This document shows, piece after piece, positions 1-9,121 of a DNA stretch of 51,474 nt. The stretch's first letter is position 1. Every line of letters starts with the position of its first letter. The stretch lies in IMG/VR virus record IMGVR_UViG_3300024344_000022, positions 1-51,474 of that record. One strand, written 5' to 3'. A program made the position numbers and the translations under genes. A model generated the notes under the pieces. It saw only the letters and a list, made by a program, of their open reading frames with translations. It was not told the origin of the DNA and made no database searches. The stretch is from a virus (lineage: Duplodnaviria; Caudoviricetes).

Positions 1-1765
1 CTAAAAATCCAGAACTGTTTCGGTAGTAAATATCGCCAGTGGCATCACTTCCTACTGCAAGTCCATAATTAGTTAAAATCATGTCATCAGCAGACTCGTC
101 AAAAAGCACCGATGATCCAGATGTTGCCCCAAAAAACTTTACGTCATGTCCGGTATCGTCTACACCGACTGTCACCGTGCTATCAATCTGGACAGCAGCA
201 TTTACATCAAGTCCAACGTCAAACTTAATTGCCTCACTGCTGTTGGTTGTGACAAATGTCATGTAAGCATTGTCAGCTTCTTCAAAAACCAAAGAAGTGG
301 CACTGTTATCAAGCATTTTAACAGAAGACGCAGCACTAAAACGCAACGCTCCATCTGCTCCGGCAGAAAGCGTAAGATCACCTGCTATGTCTACCGCTCC
401 GCTGAAATCACCTGTAGCTGCATCAACTTCACCGGATAATGTTAAGTTGCCTACACCTGTAACATTATTACTATCGTCTATAATAACGGAGCTTGCCTGT
501 AAAGTTCCTCCACCTGTTCCATTGGCGCGTGGCACTGCGTTGTCCGTAGACCCTACTGAGCCACCTATATCTCCACCGGACGATGCTGCCCATGACGGAA
601 TACCCGAATCAAGCGTTAAGACATTGCCGTTTGACCCAGCCGCTAAACGTGCGAGAAATCCGCTTGAATTGCGATAATAGATATCACCCGTAGCGTCCGA
701 TCCTACAGCTAATCCGAAATTGGTAAAAATCACATCATCGGCAGATTCATCAATCAACACACTCGATCCGCTTGTAGCACCAAAGAACTTGACATCGTAG
801 CCCGTATCATCAACCCCAACGGTGATCGTTCCGTCTATCTGCATGGCAGCATCTATGTCCATAGCAGCGTTTATATCGAGTGCCTTGTCAAACTTAACAG
901 CTTCGGAACTGTTAGTGGTAACAAAAGTCATATAGGCATTATCGGCCTCTTCTATGACCAATGAAGCTGAATTGTTGTCAAGAATCTTTATTGAGCTTGC
1001 AGCAGAAAAACGTAATGCTCCATCTGCACCAGCCGACAAAGTTAAATCGCCAGAGATGTCTGCATTGCCGTTTACGTCCAGTGAGCCAAAATCACCTTCA
1101 CCAGCTACGGTGATACCAGCGGCTCCATCTAATACGGTTAGTCCTACCGCATCTCCGTTGTCTGTAAACTTTAAATCTTTGCCGTTAGTTATAACTTTAA
1201 CTGTGACATCACCTGAGTTGCTCTCTGTTATGCTTAAAACGGACGATCCCGCATCTTTAAAGGTAAACACGCCAGTATGAGCATCGAGCGTTAGAGCGTC
1301 ACCTGAGTCGAGAACAATAGGGTTACCGGCTAACGTAGCACCTGTAGTTCCATCGTGTGTAATCGTAAAGTCAGAGCCTGCACCTAACGACAATACAGCA
1401 GAATCGCTTAACAATTTCAGATCATCACCGATGATTGCGTCCAGTGCTACAGATAATCCACCGTCCGTTTGTAACGCCCCATCGGTTGTTGACGTTGCAT
1501 TCGTTGTATTGTCTGTTTTGAGCAACCCTGATACGGTTAGGTTGTTCAGTTGGTTCGATGCAGACGTATCGTCGAGGTCACGGCTTGAATCCACAACTAA
1601 CGCTTTCGATGCCGTAACCTGCCCGGCTGTTACACCTAAGTTAGAAGCATCTAAACCGCCATTTATGGCTGACGAAGTTAGTAAATTGTCGAACTCGTTA
1701 TTGAGTTGTGCAGCAGTTAAAACTGCACCTGATGCAAATGTATGTACTCTGGATACAGAACCCAT
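1..1765 (-). CDS. Tail fibre protein, copy A (3' end runs off the window; continues in frame into 35481-34601 if circularised)
   Basis: ATG at 1765 (MGSVSRVHTFASGAVLTAAQLNNEFDNL), colinear with 34601-37468; missing from the ORF track because there is no stop. Confidence 0.9.
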   Translation of the reverse strand, partial: MGSVSRVHTFASGAVLTAAQLNNEFDNLLTSSAINGGLDASNLGVTAGQVTASKALVVDSSRDLDDTSASNQLNNLTVSGLLKTDNTTNATSTTDGALQTDGGLSVALDAIIGDDLKLLSDSAVLSLGAGSDFTITHDGTTGATLAGNPIVLDSGDALTLDAHTGVFTFKDAGSSVLSITESNSGDVTVKVITNGKDLKFTDNGDAVGLTVLDGAAGITVAGEGDFGSLDVNGNADISGDLTLSAGADGALRFSAASSIKILDNNSASLVIEEADNAYMTFVTTNSSEAVKFDKALDINAAMDIDAAMQIDGTITVGVDDTGYDVKFFGATSGSSVLIDESADDVIFTNFGLAVGSDATGDIYYRNSSGFLARLAAGSNGNVLTLDSGIPSWAASSGGDIGGSVGSTDNAVPRANGTGGGTLQASSVIIDDSNNVTGVGNLTLSGEVDAATGDFSGAVDIAGDLTLSAGADGALRFSAASSVKMLDNSATSLVFEEADNAYMTFVTTNSSEAIKFDVGLDVNAAVQIDSTVTVGVDDTGHDVKFFGATSGSSVLFDESADDMILTNYGLAVGSDATGDIYYRNSSGFL

Positions 1766-1768
1766 TAT

Positions 1769-4702
1769 CTACCTCTGTGTCTGTCCTAATGTGGAAAGTA
1801 AATTTCTTCGTTCCTGGGCCTCTTCGCCCTGTTCTTCTGCTCTTGCAGTTATTGCACCGCCTTGCAATATTGTTCTCATCAAAGATTGGCGATCTGGAGG
1901 CATTTGCTCTAAAGCACTTTCAAGCTGTTTTGCATCTTCATGTGCTTTAAAAACATCGTTATCGGTTAAATCTTTTCGCTTTTTGCCTGTAACCTTACTT
2001 GCCCAAGCACTTGCCTCCGTCCAAGCATCAAGCCCTCTGCGTTTGGCTTCTGCAAGACCTTCCGCTCCCATTTTTGTGTAATTATTAAGAACCTTACGAC
2101 CCTCTGGAGAATAAGCCCTGATTAATAACTGGCTTCCATATTTTGGAGAAAATACAGCAAGAGCAGGGAAAAACTCTACCAATGTCACCATAACAGCCAA
2201 AGGATGCGTAAGACCACCAGCGGCTGTTCTGGACAACTGACTTATCTCACCCCTTGGAGCCAAACCGGTAGCAAGTGTTGGCCGAAGATTTGCCCCTAAG
2301 ACCTGAGAAATCATTTCTGGCCTGTTGGTAACTTCTGATAACTCAGCTAAGGTTTCAAACGCTAATCCTGTATCGTCATCAAAGGCATTTAAAACAGACC
2401 GCAACACCTCGCGTTCTTTGCCAGGCTGTTTTAATATTGTTTCAAAGACAGGCGAACCATCTTCAACAACAGCTTTTCCTTCTTCATCTACTACAATCCT
2501 TCGCCTACTGTCAGGAGTTTTAATACGCAAATCATCACTAAGCCTTTTCATAAAATCTTGAAAGTCCATATGCTCACGCATTGCAAGGCTGTAATCGCCT
2601 AATTCAATAGTTGGAAATTCTCCAGTATCGGCATCTCCATAAAACTCTTTTAATATATTCTTTTCATTAGCAGCCCAACTCTCAACCTTGTCAGGATCAA
2701 TAAAAGCAAACTCTCCCTCAAGGCGTTCAATGTCTCTTAACTTTTCCTGTTCGAGGATATCGTCATACTTACCGGCCTTATCTCCTTTTGTAACTTTTGA
2801 CCTGGAGAACTTTTTAACAAATGCATCTCTTCCTTGTCTTATAATATCAAATAGTTCTTGCTCAGGAATATTATAAGTTTCTGGATTACTGTAAAATTCA
2901 ACTGCATCATCGCCCTTTTTATAGATAGGTAACCCTTCTCTCATTTGCTGAGATCTTGCAGCAGGGAAGTTTTTAGTGTAATAGTCGTTCAAGAACATGT
3001 CAGCATCAAAACCGCCTGCCCCTAACTCGCCAAACACATCTAATGATTCTAAAATATCTCTTCTAATCTGAGGATCTTTATAGCCTGCTTCTATATCTCT
3101 TTGTAGTCCCTTTTTTACCTTTTGCTTACGAAGCCCCATAACATGAGCATTCATCGTTATAGGGTCATCAGCAACTTTACCTATATAGTCACGGGTATAA
3201 GCATATATATCATCTAAAACCCTTGTAGCGTTAGTTGTAGGGCCATCTTTGCCATACCGTAGATCACCTACTAACTGTTTAAACTTATCAAGCTGTTCAA
3301 GGGTTATAAACCCATCATTAAACCTTGGGTCATACAAGCTTTCTAATGCGTTAACCACTCCCTTTTGCCCTGTCTCTCCAAAGAAGGGCCGAAACTCAGG
3401 AATAACTTGACCAAGCATGTTTTCTTTAAATTGAAAATCGTTTTTTATTAAATTCTGCAAGCCATTTCTAAAATCTTGAACCCCCACTGTAATTTTATCC
3501 ATGTGGAGAAGCTTGCGTCTTTCATCTTGTATTTTTGTTTGGTTTTTCTTGTATTCCTGTACAGCATCAGTAATGTTTGAGGCCAGTTTACGAGAAACAA
3601 TAGCATCTCCGCTAACCTTGCGTCCATTTACAACTTCATCACCTTGACGTATAGCCTTAAGGACAACGCCTGTTTGCTTTGAATCATTTGTGGCTGTATC
3701 AACAACCTTACGCACCAACCTTTCGGGAAGGTTCCAGGTAAAAGACAAAGTATTAAACAACAAGCCTTCCAAAGTTCCTCTCAAAGAACCTTTTTCTCCT
3801 ACAGTTTTTTCAATTTGTTCTTGCGTTTTTTCAACAGCTTTTTCTTTAAAGCCTTTTATCTTGTCTAATCCCGTTTTAGGAAGACTTGAATATTTTTCTT
3901 TTATTTCTCGCAACCGAGTTCCATAAGGCGAGTCTTCTAATAGAGAATTTAATCTATCAACTTTGTCTTTAGTAAAGTTTTTAATAGGGGCCATTACAGG
4001 ACGAGCTACTCTACGCGCACCGGCTCCAACTATCTTCCCTGCACCTTTAGCTGTTGCCTTGCCTGCCCTAAAACCAAGAGAAGGTAAAGCTAAGGTAGGA
4101 TCTAATCTTTGCGCAGCACTACCAACACGTTCTGCTTTTTCAGCAAACCCTTTTGTTTTGCCTGCCTTAGATAGGGCTTTGGCTCCCACAGAAGCACCTT
4201 TTGCTCCTACCGCAGTGCCACCAGCCAACATACTTAATATATCTAATGGTCGTTCTTGTATTCCTCTCCCGGTAAACTCGTATTCACCATCTTTTTTATC
4301 AAAACCAACGGCTCCGGCAAGCCCTTCGCCTAACTGTTCAGCCATTTGAATGTTTTTAGGACTAAACTGAGTCCCTAAAGCCAACTCAGCACCTCCAGCG
4401 ACCCCTCTCCCAAGTGCTTCTGCGGTATCAAGAGGATTCATAACAGCTGTAGCTAAATCTTCTACTATTGCACCAGCACTTGAAGGGATATTACCCAACG
4501 TCTTTAATACATTAAACCCTTCTTCTGGGTCATAAGCAAAAGTAGCTCGATCTTCTTCTTCTGCTACATTGACGCTGTATTTATCGCCATATTTTTCTGA
4601 GAATTGCAATCCCAACGATTCACTGTTTCGGTCTGCATATTCTGGCTTGGCCTTTTTTATTGCCTCACCAAGCTGAATGTATGTGTCAAATTTATATGCC
4701 AT
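1769..4702 (-). CDS. Large putative DNA ejection / internal virion protein, copy A (977 aa)
   Basis: Position between nozzle and tail fibre as in P22 gp16/T7 core genes; Ala/Gly-rich amphipathic segments; weak similarity to 37468-39513 (ERP..L..LA, EISQ..R). Confidence 0.6.
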   Translation of the reverse strand: MAYKFDTYIQLGEAIKKAKPEYADRNSESLGLQFSEKYGDKYSVNVAEEEDRATFAYDPEEGFNVLKTLGNIPSSAGAIVEDLATAVMNPLDTAEALGRGVAGGAELALGTQFSPKNIQMAEQLGEGLAGAVGFDKKDGEYEFTGRGIQERPLDILSMLAGGTAVGAKGASVGAKALSKAGKTKGFAEKAERVGSAAQRLDPTLALPSLGFRAGKATAKGAGKIVGAGARRVARPVMAPIKNFTKDKVDRLNSLLEDSPYGTRLREIKEKYSSLPKTGLDKIKGFKEKAVEKTQEQIEKTVGEKGSLRGTLEGLLFNTLSFTWNLPERLVRKVVDTATNDSKQTGVVLKAIRQGDEVVNGRKVSGDAIVSRKLASNITDAVQEYKKNQTKIQDERRKLLHMDKITVGVQDFRNGLQNLIKNDFQFKENMLGQVIPEFRPFFGETGQKGVVNALESLYDPRFNDGFITLEQLDKFKQLVGDLRYGKDGPTTNATRVLDDIYAYTRDYIGKVADDPITMNAHVMGLRKQKVKKGLQRDIEAGYKDPQIRRDILESLDVFGELGAGGFDADMFLNDYYTKNFPAARSQQMREGLPIYKKGDDAVEFYSNPETYNIPEQELFDIIRQGRDAFVKKFSRSKVTKGDKAGKYDDILEQEKLRDIERLEGEFAFIDPDKVESWAANEKNILKEFYGDADTGEFPTIELGDYSLAMREHMDFQDFMKRLSDDLRIKTPDSRRRIVVDEEGKAVVEDGSPVFETILKQPGKEREVLRSVLNAFDDDTGLAFETLAELSEVTNRPEMISQVLGANLRPTLATGLAPRGEISQLSRTAAGGLTHPLAVMVTLVEFFPALAVFSPKYGSQLLIRAYSPEGRKVLNNYTKMGAEGLAEAKRRGLDAWTEASAWASKVTGKKRKDLTDNDVFKAHEDAKQLESALEQMPPDRQSLMRTILQGGAITARAEEQGEEAQERRNLLSTLGQTQR

Positions 4703-6309
4703 TATTCATCCAATGATATTTCATCGTTTGCAAGAGCCGTTGAAAAGTCAGTAGCACTGTCTATAGGAGAGCCAATCAATTGCTCAAAATAACCAAACAC
4801 CCTGTTGCGATATCTAGGATCTATTAACCCTTGTCCTGGCTGATCTTCTGTCCCTATATAAGCGTTAACTTGATCCATTGCGGCTTTTTGTTTTGCGTTA
4901 TGAACTTTTTCTATAAGATCAAACATTTCTCTTACAGTTGATTGAGCAAATATACCACCTTGGCTTGTCATTCTTTCATAAGGAGATTGAAGTAGTTTTT
5001 CAAATAATCCTTGAGACTCTTTAACCATATTAGCATCTTCCACCCTAACGGTAGCAGGGTCAAAGAATCGTTGATACTGTTGGAAGATAGCTGCATTTTC
5101 TATTGGCCCAGGATCTTTTTGAAATTTCTCAAAAACAACCTTAGCATTATCATATAAGGCTTTGCCCCCACTTTTCGGATCTAAATAACCACCTTCAACA
5201 TTTAACTGTGTGGCCTTATTTAAAGAATCCACGCTTTTTTGAATTTCTCCATAGTCAGCCCCAGATGCTTCGGCTAACGCTACTTTAGCTTCCTCCATAG
5301 CAACTTCAAAATCTTTTTCCATGCCTTCTCTTGCAATTTTCAGCTTTTCATCTGTTTGACCCAAGGTACGTTCTTCCACGTCTTTTGCTCTGCGTCGAGT
5401 CATTTCATCTGAAGCCACCTTACCGCCTCCGGCAATAGCCTTACCTAACGTATCAAGCGAAAGGAAACCGCCTGTATCGGCCCTCTCTTCAGCGACCCCT
5501 GGAGTACGACCTGTTAATGCCCCAATAAGGTTAGCTCTTGCCATACGCTCTTCTGTGGCCTTGTCAGCCTTCCGTTGTGCCTTGCCTTGAGCTACGTTGC
5601 TAAGTAGTCCACCACCCAATTGAGCAATCTGAGCCGCTACTTCTGGGTTGTTTTTAATTAACTGGCCTATCTTACCAAAAAAAGAAGATGATTCTTTTGG
5701 CTCTACTGTTGTTGTTGAAGCAGAAGGCTTTGGAGTAACAGCTTTTTTTTCTTCAACTTCAGGTACATCAAAGTTTTTTCTCATTTCATCTGTTACAACA
5801 ACAGGAGGTATTTCCTCTTTAATAGGTGGAGGTGTCGGCATAAGCTCTTCTCTGCGCTTATCTCGATTTACCTGATCATCTTCTGAGCCTAAGCCAAGAA
5901 TAATTCTTTCTTTGTCTTCGCCTGTAATATCACCGCCCATGTCTTTAGCGGTAATAAAACTACCCAAAGATTTTTTATCCTTAGTGTATGGATCTTTTGT
6001 AACGTCTAAATTTCCAGTTAATATAGAAAACAAAGGATCTGTTGGTTTAGTATCGACTGTTATAAGAGGCGATCCAAGACCATCCCTTCCTTGCAATAAC
6101 ACACTTTGAGCAGCCTCATCAAATTCTTCTTCAGAAGCTCCTTCCATACCTGGAGGAGTTTTTACGTTTAAATTCACCCCTGTCATATTCTTGTCCGGTG
6201 CAGGCAAGCCCAGTTTTAGACGTTCTTCTTCTAATCGCCTTTTAAATTGTTCTTCAGTTTCGCCCGGCATCATTTTAATTGGTGGCATACTGCCTAATAA
6301 TTCACTCAT
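4702..6309 (-). CDS. Putative DNA ejection protein, copy A (535 aa)
   Basis: Synteny; shares central block NPE..AQIAQLGGGL...RMARANLIGALTGRTP...ERADTGG..SLDTLGKAI.GGG with 39513-41036. Confidence 0.6.
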   Translation of the reverse strand: MSELLGSMPPIKMMPGETEEQFKRRLEEERLKLGLPAPDKNMTGVNLNVKTPPGMEGASEEEFDEAAQSVLLQGRDGLGSPLITVDTKPTDPLFSILTGNLDVTKDPYTKDKKSLGSFITAKDMGGDITGEDKERIILGLGSEDDQVNRDKRREELMPTPPPIKEEIPPVVVTDEMRKNFDVPEVEEKKAVTPKPSASTTTVEPKESSSFFGKIGQLIKNNPEVAAQIAQLGGGLLSNVAQGKAQRKADKATEERMARANLIGALTGRTPGVAEERADTGGFLSLDTLGKAIAGGGKVASDEMTRRRAKDVEERTLGQTDEKLKIAREGMEKDFEVAMEEAKVALAEASGADYGEIQKSVDSLNKATQLNVEGGYLDPKSGGKALYDNAKVVFEKFQKDPGPIENAAIFQQYQRFFDPATVRVEDANMVKESQGLFEKLLQSPYERMTSQGGIFAQSTVREMFDLIEKVHNAKQKAAMDQVNAYIGTEDQPGQGLIDPRYRNRVFGYFEQLIGSPIDSATDFSTALANDEISLDE

Positions 6310-6329
6310 TGATTTTTCCTATTCTCTCG

Positions 6330-6695
6330 TTATCCACCAAACATCGGCCTACCCCCTACAGGGGTTCCAAATTTCATACTTTGTTCCATAGCAGCCCTTG
6401 CAGCGTCACTCATTCCACCCATTCCACCCGTAGCTGGTTGTCCAATTTTACCAACCAAATCGCTTATAAGTTTTTGAGTGATCGGATCGCCTAACAATTT
6501 TTGCCCAATTCCAGGCTGTGATGCCTGTTGTGGTGCTGAAGGCTGGGCTTGCGGATTAAACGACTGTATCATTTTATCCTGTTTCGCCTGTTCCTCCATG
6601 CGTTTCTGATCGCGTTTGGCTTGCTGATTTGCCATCAACCCCTGCGCTGCACTTAACCCCATTGAGGCTACCATTGGTGCTGTAAAAAATGCCAT
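6330..6695 (-). CDS. Small putative ejection/pilot protein, copy A (121 aa)
   Basis: Hydrophobic Gly/Ala N-terminus then Gln-rich coil; homolog of 41052-41339. Confidence 0.55.
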   Translation of the reverse strand: MAFFTAPMVASMGLSAAQGLMANQQAKRDQKRMEEQAKQDKMIQSFNPQAQPSAPQQASQPGIGQKLLGDPITQKLISDLVGKIGQPATGGMGGMSDAARAAMEQSMKFGTPVGGRPMFGG

Positions 6696-6706
6696 TTTAT
6701 GCCTTT

Positions 6707-9121
6707 CTATGTACGTTCAAATTCGTCAGTAACAGCATTGTAATTACCAACCGTTTGCCCTGATGAGGCATTTATCAATTTTCTTTTGCCATTTTTATCA
6801 ACAAATATTCTTAATTGACCTGACCCTAAATCTGGATTGTTTTCTAAGAAACGATTAACAGATTGACGTTCTCTATTTTCTTCGTCTCCAAGATTTCCTC
6901 TTGTGCCTGTTACTTCTCCTCCGGCAACATTTATTACTGATCCAGTTCCTCCTCCAGCCGCTACACCATCTTCATCGCCACCTCTATCACTGAAATCTGT
7001 TCCTGTACGTAATGCCTCTCGTATTAATTCTACAGATTCTGGATCAAAAGATTGTATGTTTTGCGTTAGACCTTCTAATAATTGTGGCGTTCCTGGCTTA
7101 TCTCTTAATTCTTGACCAGCAAGAATAGCACCAATCAAGTCCATATCAGCTTGTCTTCCAGCCAATGTTGAATCATCGCCTAACATTCCGGTCAAGCCGG
7201 CTCTACGCAGTTCAGCTTCCAATGTTGGATCGTCTTCAAACTCACCCGTCAAACCAGCGCGTGTGGCATCACGTCTTAATGCAGCCGTATCCAGTTCACT
7301 CTCCAATGCTCTTGCTTGCTGAGTCTCTACTGGAGCCATGTTCGCTGCACCTGTATCAAACAGTCCGGTCTGACCGGCTTCAGCTATTCTACGCTGTAGG
7401 TCTTCGGTCTGTAATCCGCTACCTGTGGTTTCACCCGTTAGCGTTTGCCGACCATCAATCTCACCAAACAACTGCGATTCTAACTGCTGACCAGCTAATG
7501 TTTTCTGACCATCATCTCCAAACTCGCCAGTTAAGGCAGCGTCTGCACGTTCCTGACCCCTACTTAACGCATCAAGTTCTGCGCTCTGTCTTTTTGCAGC
7601 CATTGTTTCATCGCGTTCAAATATTCCAGTTTGACCGGCTCTGGCAATGTCACGATTCAACGCTTGCGTTAGGGTGTCCTGTTGAGATCGAGTTTCCTGT
7701 AGACCCATACCGCGCTGGCCTAAATCAAAACCCTGAGCATCACGTAAGTCCTGTTGTCTGCGTTGTGCAGCCTGAGCTTCGAGTGCTAAACGGTTACGTT
7801 CATCGCCTTCACCCATTCTCGCTAAAGCGGCCGCTGTATCGCCTCCACCTCGCAACACACCATATCGACCCAACTGCTCGACCAAAGCCTTACGCGCTTC
7901 GTTCTGTCTGAATTGCTGATCGGCTAATTGTGAGGCCATAATCGGATCGTCTGTTCCACCGATTCGATCCATGTATTGCTGACGTAGTGCATCTTCTAGC
8001 GTATCAGCCATTGGTGCAGCTTCCGGTTCAACCACATTCTGCATAGCTGCCATATCTGCACCGGCATCTGGATTGTAAGGCGAAGGTTCAGTAGCATCAG
8101 CAGTTAGCTTTTTAACAAAATCTGCATCACTTAAAGGATTTTCTGTAAGCGCAGTTGCTTTAGTGGTTAAGTCTTTAACAAAATCTGGATCACCTAAAGG
8201 ATTTTCTGTAAGCGGTTGATTTGACCGTTCTTCTGCTAAGTCTTTAACGAACTCTGGATTACTTAAAGGGTTAGTCTCGGTTCTAACAGGCTCAGTTGCT
8301 TTAGCAGTTAAGTCTTGAACATACTCTGGGTTACTTAGAGGATTAGTATCAGGCGTAACTGGCGCAGTTGCTTTAGTAGTTAGGTCTTGAACGAACTCTG
8401 TATTACTTAAAGGGTTAGTTTCAGTTGTAACTGGCGCAGTTGCATCGGCAGTCAGCTTTTCAACAAAATCTGAATCACTTAAAGGGTTCGTTTCAGTTCT
8501 AACCGGTTCGGTTGCTTTAGTAGTTAAGTCTCGAACGAACTCTGTATTACTTAAAGGGTTCGTTTCAGTTCTAACCGGCTCAGTTGCTTTGGTAGTTAGG
8601 TCTCGAACAAACTCTGTATTACTTAAAGGGTTAGTCTCAGTAGCTGGCGGCTTTGAGCGTTCTTCTGTCATTGCCCGAACCGTTGATACATTACTTAAAG
8701 GGTTACTGTCAGTTGTAACTGGCTTAGTAGCTTTAGTAGTTAAGTCTTGAACAAACTTTGTATTACTTAAAGGGTTAGTCTCAGTAGCTGGCGGTCTACC
8801 AAAGTTCGGATTGCTTGTCGGGTTTGTCGTAGTTGCCGTAAGGTTACCGGGTGGTGGTGGAGGTGGTGGCATGGCTGGTGGTGTATTAGCACCCTGACTT
8901 GGAGTCGCTGTCGTTGTTGACGTATCTACGCCTCCTACGTTTCCTCCGACACCCGGAGCCATATTTGCGGCTTGGTTATTTGCACCGAATCCACTGCCGG
9001 TAGCACCTCCTTGTATGGCAGCAACTAATGGATCAACGCCTGTGTTCATTTGGTCATAGCCAACCGCGTTACCTTTTTTAGGCTTCTTGCCTAACATCAT
9101 CTCGTTATAGCTTACCGCCAT
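6707..9121 (-). CDS. Repeat-containing putative virion/ejection protein, copy A (804 aa)
   Basis: Directly downstream of nozzle gene (TAATG coupling); poly-Pro, 24-aa tandem repeats, conserved helical C-half shared with 41351-43771. Confidence 0.65.
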   Translation of the reverse strand: MAVSYNEMMLGKKPKKGNAVGYDQMNTGVDPLVAAIQGGATGSGFGANNQAANMAPGVGGNVGGVDTSTTTATPSQGANTPPAMPPPPPPPGNLTATTTNPTSNPNFGRPPATETNPLSNTKFVQDLTTKATKPVTTDSNPLSNVSTVRAMTEERSKPPATETNPLSNTEFVRDLTTKATEPVRTETNPLSNTEFVRDLTTKATEPVRTETNPLSDSDFVEKLTADATAPVTTETNPLSNTEFVQDLTTKATAPVTPDTNPLSNPEYVQDLTAKATEPVRTETNPLSNPEFVKDLAEERSNQPLTENPLGDPDFVKDLTTKATALTENPLSDADFVKKLTADATEPSPYNPDAGADMAAMQNVVEPEAAPMADTLEDALRQQYMDRIGGTDDPIMASQLADQQFRQNEARKALVEQLGRYGVLRGGGDTAAALARMGEGDERNRLALEAQAAQRRQQDLRDAQGFDLGQRGMGLQETRSQQDTLTQALNRDIARAGQTGIFERDETMAAKRQSAELDALSRGQERADAALTGEFGDDGQKTLAGQQLESQLFGEIDGRQTLTGETTGSGLQTEDLQRRIAEAGQTGLFDTGAANMAPVETQQARALESELDTAALRRDATRAGLTGEFEDDPTLEAELRRAGLTGMLGDDSTLAGRQADMDLIGAILAGQELRDKPGTPQLLEGLTQNIQSFDPESVELIREALRTGTDFSDRGGDEDGVAAGGGTGSVINVAGGEVTGTRGNLGDEENRERQSVNRFLENNPDLGSGQLRIFVDKNGKRKLINASSGQTVGNYNAVTDEFERT
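8090..8835 (-). repeat. Intragenic tandem repeats of about 72 nt (about 10 x TETNPLSNTEFVRDLTTKATEPVR-like)
   Basis: Recurring ttacttaaagggtt.g in DNA and NPLS motif in translation. Confidence 0.9.

Noticed and set aside
1-1765. Diversity-generating retroelement or invertible shufflon for the tail fibre
   Set aside because: No reverse transcriptase, differences are not adenine-specific, and the copies are direct rather than inverted.
81-2081. Long plus-strand ORFs (270-677, 954-1280, 1431-2081, and likewise 35970-37526)
   Set aside because: Antisense shadows of the Ser/Thr/Ala/Asp-rich tail fibre genes; no SD, opposite to the operon.
7165-7911. 248-aa plus-strand ORF conserved with 41755-42660
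   Set aside because: The similarity follows from near-identical DNA of the minus-strand gene; composition is atypical of real proteins.
8090-8835. Periodic DNA repeats resembling a CRISPR array
   Set aside because: Repeats are in-frame, degenerate at third positions, lack unique spacers, and no cas genes are present.
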